Shown one piece after another: positions 39,907 to 47,677 of a stretch of DNA of 47,677 bases. The notes beneath the pieces are model-generated. The model did not search any database, was not told the origin of the DNA, and saw only the letters and a program-made list of their open reading frames with translations. The first letter of the stretch is position 1. Each line of letters starts with the position of its first letter. The translations under genes were made by a program, and so were the position numbers. Origin of the DNA: Candidatus Cloacimonadota bacterium (GTDB taxonomy: Bacteria > Cloacimonadota > Cloacimonadia > JGIOTU-2); the NCBI GenBank assembly GCA_030611765.1, contig JAUWPE010000003.1:1-47677 (forward strand). Direction: 5' to 3'.

Positions 39907-41883
39907 ATGGAAAAAAAGATATTTTTATTAGTCTTTTCTTTATTGTGTGCGGGAATACTCGATGCAGCGATCCTCAATGTGCCGGCAGATTATGCAACAA
40001 TACAAGCTGGAATCGATGCAGCAAACACTCATGATACAGTCCTTGTTGATACAGGAACTTATGTTGAAAACATTAACTACAATGGGAAGAATATTACTGT
40101 CGCTTCATTATTTCTTACTACTGCTGATACTTCCTATATTTCGCAGACCGTGATTGATGGAGACAGTGTGGATAGCGTTGTGAAATTTATGAGTGGTGAA
40201 GATTCTACTGCTGTATTGTGTGGATTTACAATAACAAATGGTAGTGCTTATGTTGGTGGCGGGATTTACTGCGAAGAATGCTCCCCAAGTCTAATAAATG
40301 TAATAATCACAAGTAATACTGGCGGGTTATATTGTATTAATAATTCAAATCCGAATTTAGAGGATGTTACTATTATTAGAAATACAGGCAGGGGGATAAG
40401 CTGTTTTGATTCAAGTCCAATTTTAGAAAATGTAATAATAAAAGGAAATGCTCCTGGTGGTGGAATTTATTGTAATAATGCTAATATGAGTTTAAGCAAT
40501 GTTACTATTACCGGTAATTTTGCTAATAATTCGGGTGGTGGAATTTTATGTGCTGGGAATTCTTCCATTAGTTTTGATCCAGATAATCGGTGTAATATAT
40601 TTTTAAATTATGCAGGTTTTGGGAATGATTTATATGCTTTCGACTGTCCACCTATTAATGTAATTGTGGATACTTTTACAATTTTAGAACCTGACCAAAA
40701 TTTTGCATATCCCATTGATAATTTTACCTTTGATATTCTTCATAGTAAAGTAGAGCAGGTTAATAATAACCTGTATGTTAGTCCTGATGGTTCTGATGAT
40801 AATAGTGGATTATCTCCCGATGAGCCATTACTTACAATATCCTTGGCATTAATAAAAATTTATGCTGATAGTTTAAATCCCAATATAATACATTTAGCAA
40901 ATGGAATTTACTCACCTTCTCAAACAGGCGAGAGATTCTCTTTAAATTGCAGAAACTATGTTTCTTTACAGGGAGAAGATGTATCTTCTACTATCTTAGA
41001 TGGTGAAGAGACGAGTCGTATTTTATGTTGTTATAGTGATAATTATTTTTTCATAGATAATATGACTATTAAGAATGGCTTTGTTAGAGATGGTGGTGGT
41101 ATTTATTGTGGCAAATATTCCAGTCCTGATTTAAAAAACGTTATTATTAGCGGTAATAGTGCTGATGATTTTGGAGGTGGAATTCTCTGTTATGATAATT
41201 CTAATCCTAATGTAGTTAATGTTACTATTAGTGAAAATATATCTTTAGTTGGTGGTGGGATTTTTTGTCAAAATGCTAGCCCTTGTTTAATAAACTGTAT
41301 TCTCTGGAATGATACTCCGAACGAAATTACCGGCACTATAGCAGCAACTTATTCAGACATTCAGGGTGGATGGGCTGGAAGCGGCAACATTAATGCTGAT
41401 CCATTATTCGCAGATACATTAAATGAGGATTACCATCTCACTCAGGATTCTCCCTGCGTAGATACTGGAATTCCTGACACAACTGGACTTAATCTTCCAC
41501 CTTGGGATCTGGATGGAAATATTCGTGTTTGGGATGGTAATGGAAATGGGGTTGCTATAATTGATATGGGAGCATATGAATATGGCTCACCTTCATGCTC
41601 GATACATGAACCTGAAATCCCAGAAGAAAGTATAATATATAATTTCCCCAATCCAACAAGAAACTCAACAACAATCCAATATTCACTTAAAATGAATTCT
41701 CATGTTATGATAAGTATCTACAACATAAAAGGACAACTCGTTTATGAGCTTATAAATGAGACAAAACCTAAAGGAGAATATTCGGTTTTCTATAATACAA
41801 AAGAATTGAGTTCTGGAGTGTATTTTTATAAATTACAAACTGACGAAATTTCAGAAATTAGGAAGATGATTGTGATAAGGTAA
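39907..41883 (+). CDS. Secreted right-handed beta-helix protein with C-terminal T9SS-A/FlgD-Ig-like domain
   Basis: Signal peptide, VPADYATIQAGID, repeated GGGIYC, YVSPDGSDDNSG, NINADPLF, IDMGAYEY, NFPNP...LSSGVYFYKL...KMIVIR. Confidence 0.88.
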   Translation: MEKKIFLLVFSLLCAGILDAAILNVPADYATIQAGIDAANTHDTVLVDTGTYVENINYNGKNITVASLFLTTADTSYISQTVIDGDSVDSVVKFMSGEDSTAVLCGFTITNGSAYVGGGIYCEECSPSLINVIITSNTGGLYCINNSNPNLEDVTIIRNTGRGISCFDSSPILENVIIKGNAPGGGIYCNNANMSLSNVTITGNFANNSGGGILCAGNSSISFDPDNRCNIFLNYAGFGNDLYAFDCPPINVIVDTFTILEPDQNFAYPIDNFTFDILHSKVEQVNNNLYVSPDGSDDNSGLSPDEPLLTISLALIKIYADSLNPNIIHLANGIYSPSQTGERFSLNCRNYVSLQGEDVSSTILDGEETSRILCCYSDNYFFIDNMTIKNGFVRDGGGIYCGKYSSPDLKNVIISGNSADDFGGGILCYDNSNPNVVNVTISENISLVGGGIFCQNASPCLINCILWNDTPNEITGTIAATYSDIQGGWAGSGNINADPLFADTLNEDYHLTQDSPCVDTGIPDTTGLNLPPWDLDGNIRVWDGNGNGVAIIDMGAYEYGSPSCSIHEPEIPEESIIYNFPNPTRNSTTIQYSLKMNSHVMISIYNIKGQLVYELINETKPKGEYSVFYNTKELSSGVYFYKLQTDEISEIRKMIVIR

Positions 41884-41885
41884 CT

Positions 41886-42195
41886 CACGACTCAGCTTGC
41901 AAAGATGAGTCGGGGCGAAATGGGACGTAGATATACGCAGATTCAGCGGATTTTCGCAGATAAAGAATTAAATTTATTTTTCATCATTATATTTTCTGAA
42001 TCAGTGTTCATCCTGTGAAATAATCCCGATGCATCGGGATTCCTGCTTTGCAGGATTTCACGGGGTAAATCAGTTTCCTCAGCGTTAATCTGTGTTCTAT
42101 TCTTTTCAGATCCCCGAGTCATTCCCTTCGTGGCTGACTCGTGAAACGCAACACATGTTTATCAGCCTCATCTGCGATTATCTGCGTTCTATTCT
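41886..42195. repeat. Repeat mosaic including a 157-bp direct repeat of 39651-39807
   Basis: Family C at 41886-41914, family B at 41925-41961, nested element at 42011-42069, direct repeat at 42039-42195. Confidence 0.9.
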
Positions 42196-42271
42196 TAAAA
42201 TATTGAAGAAAGTACGTGGAAATAAATTATAAACTTGACAGCTCCATTCCAAAAAAATCTATTCCAAATAC

Positions 42272-42730
42272 ATGAAAAATGAAAACAAAATTCTCAAAGA
42301 AGTCGTCATATACTGCGACGGCTCATGCAAAGGAAATCCCGGTCCAGGCGGTTGGGCAGCAATTCTGATCTATCGAGGAAAAAGGAAAATACTTACCGGC
42401 TTTGCTAAAGAAACAACCAACAACATCATGGAACTCACCTGCGCTATAAAAGCTCTGGAAAAGCTGAAAGAGCCGTGCACTGTCGCATTATACTCGGATT
42501 CGACCTATCTCGTTAAAGGCATGACAGAATGGATGGATAACTGGAAAGAAAAGGGATGGAAAAATTCTAAGAAGAAGCAGATCAAGAATCTGGAATTATG
42601 GCAGCAGCTTGAAAGATTAGCTCAGAAACACAATATTTACTGGCAGTGGCTCAAAGGGCACGAAGGTCATCCCGAAAATGAGGAATGCGATAGACTGGCA
42701 AAATACCAAATTAAGAAATATATAAAATAA
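42272..42730 (+). CDS. rnhA: Ribonuclease HI
   Basis: YCDGSCKGNPGPGGW, TTNNIMEL, YSDSTY, WLKGHEGHPENEECDRLA. Confidence 0.97.
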   Translation: MKNENKILKEVVIYCDGSCKGNPGPGGWAAILIYRGKRKILTGFAKETTNNIMELTCAIKALEKLKEPCTVALYSDSTYLVKGMTEWMDNWKEKGWKNSKKKQIKNLELWQQLERLAQKHNIYWQWLKGHEGHPENEECDRLAKYQIKKYIK

Positions 42731-42755
42731 TGCGATCTTCAAAAAAGGAGATTCG

Positions 42756-43262
42756 ATGAAAAAAGCAATCCTTCTTATTATGATACTACTACTTTCAACG
42801 AGTTGTAGTGTGTTCAAAACTGCTCCGAAAGAACGATTTCAAACACAGATTCTTCCTGATCCAGTGAAGGATCTTTATTTTGGCATGTCTATGAATAAAT
42901 TTGAAGATGAGAAAGATGAAAAGAACTTGGAAAATCGCACCGATTTGTCTTTTCGGTACGAGTATGTAGAAAATATCGAGAATGCTGAATTCCAATCCAT
43001 CACCTATTATTTTGATGCAAAGATATCTTCCCACCCTCTTTATGAAACGATCTTTACGTTTAAGGATAATGTGGATGTGGAATCCTACACACGGAATATG
43101 TATGGTAATCCCTCGATAATGCATCATCTTCCATTTGATGAGTGGTGCTGGAAGAGCGGAGAGGGTTTCCAGATCGTTGCCTGGACATTTGAAAATAAAC
43201 TGGTCATCATTGCAACGATCAAGAAAACTGAATGGGCTGAGCTCAATATTTGCGGAGAATAA
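42756..43262 (+). CDS. Hypothetical lipoprotein
   Basis: MKKAILLIMILLLSTSC lipobox-like signal; AGGAG RBS. Confidence 0.75.
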   Translation: MKKAILLIMILLLSTSCSVFKTAPKERFQTQILPDPVKDLYFGMSMNKFEDEKDEKNLENRTDLSFRYEYVENIENAEFQSITYYFDAKISSHPLYETIFTFKDNVDVESYTRNMYGNPSIMHHLPFDEWCWKSGEGFQIVAWTFENKLVIIATIKKTEWAELNICGE

Positions 43263-43810
43263 TGGTTTTTGAAACAACTCGTTTGATTGCAAGAAGACCA
43301 ACCACAAAAGATGAGGATGTGGACTTCTATTTTCAGCTCTGGAATGACCCACAGGTAATGAAAAATGTCGGGTTCCCAAAAGGATTACTGATACGTAGAG
43401 AAGAGATCATTGCGCAGTTGGCTCGTGCAGAAAACTCAGAATTTGACCACACCTTAATAGTGATAGACAAAGAGAGCGATACTCCAATAGGGGAATGCAA
43501 ACTCGGCAGTCCTGATGAAAAGGGTATCAGCACAACAGATGTAAAATTATTGCCTCTTTATTGGAACAAAGGATTTGGCACAGAGATAAAAACATGTCTT
43601 ATCAATTATATTTTCACACACACGAACTGCAAAGCAATTCAAGCAACTCCGAACAAATCAAATATCGCATCCCAAAAAATGCAGGAGAAAGTTGGTGCGA
43701 AACGTGTTAGCGAAGGAACCTACCGGTTTCCGGAATCCATGCGATCCTATACAAAACCTGTTGAATATATTTTATACCAAATTGATAGAGCAGAATGGGA
43801 AAAGAGGTAG
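43262..43810 (+). CDS. RimJ/RimL-like GNAT acetyltransferase
   Basis: FETTRLIAR, YWNKGFGTE, NIASQKMQEKVG; TAATG coupling with the upstream gene. Confidence 0.88.
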   Translation: MVFETTRLIARRPTTKDEDVDFYFQLWNDPQVMKNVGFPKGLLIRREEIIAQLARAENSEFDHTLIVIDKESDTPIGECKLGSPDEKGISTTDVKLLPLYWNKGFGTEIKTCLINYIFTHTNCKAIQATPNKSNIASQKMQEKVGAKRVSEGTYRFPESMRSYTKPVEYILYQIDRAEWEKR

Positions 43811-43894
43811 GAACACATAAAATTAAAAAATTTATGGACATTCTTATTATGAATATAAAAGAAGTAAAAAAATAAAAAAAGGAGTTATCTGAAG

Positions 43895-44221
43895 ATGGAA
43901 AATATTCTTAATTATTTAAATGCAAATCCGATTTTGTGGGTGATACTCGGCATTCTTGCAGTACTTCTTATAATAGCGATCATAAAAAAAATGTTTAAAC
44001 TTCTCATTGTTTTAGTTGTGATCGCTCTGGTGTATGTTGGTTATCTGTTCTTTACAGGCAAGCCAATTCCCACAAATAAGGAAGCATTGATCGAACACGG
44101 AAAAGAATTGCTGGAAAAAGGAAAAGATGCAGGTAAAGATCTGCTCGAGAAGGGAAAAGATGCCGGCGAGGATCTAATAGAAAAAGGTAAGGAGGAACTG
44201 AAGAAGAAAACAGACAGTTAG
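43895..44221 (+). CDS. Small membrane protein with an 11-aa repeat tail
   Basis: Two hydrophobic helices, then GKELLEKGKDA/GKDLLEKGKDA/GEDLIEKGKEE. Confidence 0.8.
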   Translation: MENILNYLNANPILWVILGILAVLLIIAIIKKMFKLLIVLVVIALVYVGYLFFTGKPIPTNKEALIEHGKELLEKGKDAGKDLLEKGKDAGEDLIEKGKEELKKKTDS

Positions 44222-44370
44222 AAATCCGGAATATTATTGCTTTCTATTGTCGATATATTGTTAATTCAACTCTGCGTTCTCTGTGGTGTAATTTTTTCTC
44301 TTTAGTTTCCTTTGGCTTAAATTTTCTACAGTGTAAATACCTCATATCCTCTTGCGTATTTAGTACATTA

Positions 44371-45036
44371 TTACGCCCTGATCACTCCGAAACTGACCGC
44401 AGAATTTATCATTGCCTGCAGTTCATTGATGGCTTTGGATACCGATTGTCCGATCAGATCCATCTTGGAGATTTGATAGATCCGTTCAGATGCCTTTTTG
44501 ATCTCCTGTGAAGAGAATATCTGGTCAACAAGTCCGCATGATTTTATAAGGGAAATGACCACAATATCGCGTGGTTCGGGAATTTCATCGCTGAGAACGA
44601 TCTGCCGGACACGGTTTTTTACCGAAACTTCCTCTGCGTTGTTTAGCACGGGATAACGTTTCTGAGGAAAAATCCAAAGTAGCTTCTTCTTTTTCTCTTC
44701 AAGGATTCCCTTTTCAACAAGGCGCTGTGTTAAAATTTCTCTCAGATTGGTGAATCTATTTCTGATCTCTTTCACCCAGTACAGGGCATTTTTACTGTCT
44801 GGGTATTGTTTTATAAGCGTGATTACTTCATCATAGATCGGGTCACCTGTTTCGGAATCATCGATAAGTATCAGATGTTTAAGGTCTGTATCGATTTTGT
44901 TTTCTAAAGCCAGTTCCATCAAAATAGCTCCTGCCAGCGCACTCTCAAAGGACATAAGCGACATCGGGAGAAAGTAGCCCTTCTTATCATCAAGGGCAAG
45001 TAAAATTAATTCTTCTGCAAAACTAAGCATCCTCAT
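44371..45036 (-). CDS. GPP34/GOLPH3-like phosphoprotein
   Basis: LSFAEELILLALDD.KG, LAGAILMELAL..KI, TGDPIYD, RLVEKGIL, RYP. Confidence 0.85.
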   Translation of the reverse strand: MRMLSFAEELILLALDDKKGYFLPMSLMSFESALAGAILMELALENKIDTDLKHLILIDDSETGDPIYDEVITLIKQYPDSKNALYWVKEIRNRFTNLREILTQRLVEKGILEEKKKKLLWIFPQKRYPVLNNAEEVSVKNRVRQIVLSDEIPEPRDIVVISLIKSCGLVDQIFSSQEIKKASERIYQISKMDLIGQSVSKAINELQAMINSAVSFGVIRA

Positions 45037-45206
45037 TTCTCCATTGATTTTATTTTGAATACGATTCAGGATACTCTCATTTTTTTCGTCAATGAAATTT
45101 ATAAAACAATTTCAGGAATCAATAAATTTATAAATTCTTTGACAACAAATATACTTCTCTATCAAACATAGATGCTATAAAGAAATGCTATTGCTATGGA
45201 GGAACG

Positions 45207-46571
45207 ATGATTAATCCACAGATTTTCAGAGAATATGATATTCGTGGTATCGTAGATAAGGATCTCACAGATATTGCTGTTGAGAATATTGGACTTAGCT
45301 TTGGTACATATTTGCACAGCTTGGATCTGAAAACAGTGGCTCTCGGTGGAGATTGCCGTCTCAGTTCAAACCGATTTCGAGCTATACTCAGCGATGCCCT
45401 GGCGCAAACGGGCTGCAAAGTTATAGATGTGGGCACTGTGCCTACTCCTGTGCTGTATTATGCAATTGAAAAGCTAAAGACAGATGGCGGATTGATGGTC
45501 ACAGGCAGTCATAATCCTCCGGATTTTAACGGCTTTAAACTCTGCATTGGCACCTTCTCTATTTATGGAAAGGAAATTCAAAAGATCCGAGAGATAATTG
45601 ATGACGGCGTATATATTTCAGGTGAAGGTTCTTACGAAAAATACGACTCTATCATTCAGGATTATCAGGATTATGTGGTTGAGCATCTCATTATTGACAG
45701 ACCTATTAAGGTCATTATCGATTCTGGAAACGGCACTGCAGGTCCAGTTGCTCCGGACATTTATCGAAAACTGGGATGTCAAGTGATCTCCCTTTTTGAA
45801 GAAATGGACGGCACTTTCCCAAATCATCATCCCGACCCGACAGTCAAAGAGAATATTGAAACTCTTATTAGAAAAGTTATTGATGAAAAGGCAGATGTGG
45901 GAATCGGTTTTGATGGCGATTCCGACCGCATCGGCGCTGTTGATGAGAACGGAAATATTGTCTGGGGTGACCAGTTACTTATGATTTTTGCTCGTGCAGT
46001 GCTCAAGGAACACCCGGGTGCAACTGTCATCTCTGAAGTGAAATCATCAAAAAATCTCTATGATGACATACGAAAGCACGGCGGAAATCCCATTATGTGG
46101 AAAACCGGCCATTCTCTTATTAAGGAAAAAATGAGAGAAGAAGAAGCATTACTCGGAGGCGAGATGAGCGGTCATATGTTCTTTGCCGATAAATATTTCG
46201 GCTTTGACGATGCGATCTATGCAGGCGGGAGATTGCTTGAAATTCTCTCTCAAACCGATAAGCCACTCAGCGAACTTCTATCCGATGTACCTCCGGTGTA
46301 CAACACTCCTGAGATCAGGATCGACTGTGCTGATGAGAAGAAATTCGACGTCGTTGAACATGTGAAACACTATTTTGAAAAGAAGAAATGCAATATAAAT
46401 GATATTGACGGAATGCGTATCACATTTGAGGATGGGTGGGCTCTGGTGCGTGCATCGAACACCCAACCGGTGCTGGTTCTCAGGTTTGAAAGCACTTCGG
46501 AAGAACGTCTTGCAGAGATCAAAGATATGATCATGAGAAAAGTCGAGGAGTTTATCAAAGCAGCTTCCTGA
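45207..46571 (+). CDS. Phosphomannomutase/phosphoglucomutase (AlgC/ManB-like)
   Basis: IFREYDIRG, VTGSHNP, FPNHHPDP, FDGDSDR, GEMSGH, RASNTQP. Confidence 0.96.
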   Translation: MINPQIFREYDIRGIVDKDLTDIAVENIGLSFGTYLHSLDLKTVALGGDCRLSSNRFRAILSDALAQTGCKVIDVGTVPTPVLYYAIEKLKTDGGLMVTGSHNPPDFNGFKLCIGTFSIYGKEIQKIREIIDDGVYISGEGSYEKYDSIIQDYQDYVVEHLIIDRPIKVIIDSGNGTAGPVAPDIYRKLGCQVISLFEEMDGTFPNHHPDPTVKENIETLIRKVIDEKADVGIGFDGDSDRIGAVDENGNIVWGDQLLMIFARAVLKEHPGATVISEVKSSKNLYDDIRKHGGNPIMWKTGHSLIKEKMREEEALLGGEMSGHMFFADKYFGFDDAIYAGGRLLEILSQTDKPLSELLSDVPPVYNTPEIRIDCADEKKFDVVEHVKHYFEKKKCNINDIDGMRITFEDGWALVRASNTQPVLVLRFESTSEERLAEIKDMIMRKVEEFIKAAS

Positions 46572-46575
46572 TCCA

Positions 46576-47052
46576 ATGAACTCTTCATACGAAATATCCG
46601 TTTCTGATTTGCTTTCCCCAAAAGCAATTCTACTCGATCTTACCGAACCGGATAAAACTGAATTGTTACATTTCCTTTGCACCAAAATTTCTAAACTGTA
46701 TCCCGATGTTGATCTACAGATTTTTTTTACAGATATTATGAAACGCGAGAATGACCTATCCACTGGCATTGGAAATCATATTGCGATTCCACATGCCTTT
46801 GCTGAGTCCGTACAGAAAATGCACCTACTCTTTGCAACTCATACTGGAGTTGAATACGATTCTCTCGATGGCAAAACTGTGAACATAATCTTTATGCTCG
46901 CAATACCACCAGATGAAAACAAATTATATGCTTCCTTTCTCATGAAGGTCTCTCAACTTATGAGGATCAGGGAACTTAGAGAATCGCTAATGAATACTCG
47001 ATCAACCGAAGATGTCATTATGTTATTCCAAAAATATGAAGGCACAGATTAA
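46576..47052 (+). CDS. PTS EIIA-2 (PtsN/fructose-type) domain protein
   Basis: RENDLSTGIGNHIAIPHA, YDSLDGKTVNIIFML. Confidence 0.9.
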   Translation: MNSSYEISVSDLLSPKAILLDLTEPDKTELLHFLCTKISKLYPDVDLQIFFTDIMKRENDLSTGIGNHIAIPHAFAESVQKMHLLFATHTGVEYDSLDGKTVNIIFMLAIPPDENKLYASFLMKVSQLMRIRELRESLMNTRSTEDVIMLFQKYEGTD

Positions 47053-47079
47053 ATGAAAAATTATTAGTTGGAGACAAAA

Positions 47080-47677
47080 ATGTCAGAAAATAAAAAATAT
47101 GTAGAACTTATCTGGGCTGGCAAATACGATAAAATTGAAAAAGGAAACAGAAATCCTATTGAAAGACCAAACCTTCCTCTACAATTAGTTGAAACTATAA
47201 ATGAACCCCGAATGAAAGAATATGATTATGATAAAGATATATTTAGAAATGTTTATTATCCAAAAGCTGAATATCCTGAGAACTACCCAAAGGACTGGAA
47301 AAATAAACTCATCTGGGGTGATAATAAGCTGGTGATGTCATCTTTGATAAAACAAGGTTGGGCTGGAAAGATAAATCTGATATATATTGACCCACCATTT
47401 TTCACAGGTTCGGATTTTACTATAAGGACAAAATTAGGTAATGAAAAAATAGAAAAAGAACCTTCCATTATTGAAGAACGAGCTTATAAAGATACCTGGG
47501 GCGGTGGAATTGCTTCTTATCTGAAATATATGTATGAAAGATTGGTTTTAATGAGAGAACTTCTGGCAGAAAATGGTTCTATTTATGTGCATCTTGACTG
47601 GCATGTAGGACATTATGTAAAATGTATGATGGATGAGATTTTTGGATATGAGAATTTCAGGAATGAGATTGTGTGGA
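47080..47677 (+). CDS. N6-adenine DNA methyltransferase, type III Mod-like (runs off the window; absent from the ORF track)
   Basis: Own translation from ATG 47080: NKLIWGDNK, INLIYIDPPF, GSIYVHLDWHVGHYVKCMMDEIFG...FRNEIVW. Confidence 0.9.
   Translation, partial: MSENKKYVELIWAGKYDKIEKGNRNPIERPNLPLQLVETINEPRMKEYDYDKDIFRNVYYPKAEYPENYPKDWKNKLIWGDNKLVMSSLIKQGWAGKINLIYIDPPFFTGSDFTIRTKLGNEKIEKEPSIIEERAYKDTWGGGIASYLKYMYERLVLMRELLAENGSIYVHLDWHVGHYVKCMMDEIFGYENFRNEIVW

Noticed and set aside
42756-44221. Integron-like cassette run (lipoprotein, GNAT, membrane protein)
   Set aside because: Genes are coupled or separated by plain AT-rich DNA; no attC-like sites and no integrase

Overview
AT-rich bacterial chromosomal window. 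PorX next to tsaE, a long SecA and a secreted beta-helix protein with a T9SS-A/FlgD-type tail suggest an FCB-group lineage such as Cloacimonadota (inference only). The backbone is housekeeping: secA-topA-MacB-type permease-rseP-tgt-porX-tsaE-glmM, etfB, rfbA, an M20 peptidase, a class V aminotransferase, lptFG, rnhA and a PMM/PGM. A minus-strand DNA-damage cluster comprises an EndoQ/PHP-UvrD fusion, a Zn-finger gene, yggS, umuD, umuC and SRAP, and a Mod-like methyltransferase runs off the right end. The most striking signal is intergenic. At least seven families of short palindromic or periodic repeats are nested inside one another. Several bracket a small 'driver' gene: two GxxExxY nucleases, one intact and one truncated RAYT, and a four-helix-bundle pseudogene. 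Two micro-elements (a ~30-nt CCTGC... unit inserting at G^T, and a CCCCGTGAAAT...ATTTCACGGGGTAAA hairpin inserting after YTYA) can be removed in silico to restore the host repeat or reading frame, with no target duplication. Other notable features: a 3 x 260-bp tandem array, a 157-bp direct repeat flanking the beta-helix gene, a recoded duplicate of a gene 3' end bracketing a 1.4-kb insert, a candidate 6S-like ncRNA and a Cys-rich insert in SecA. All calls come from reading the sequence; no database search was run.
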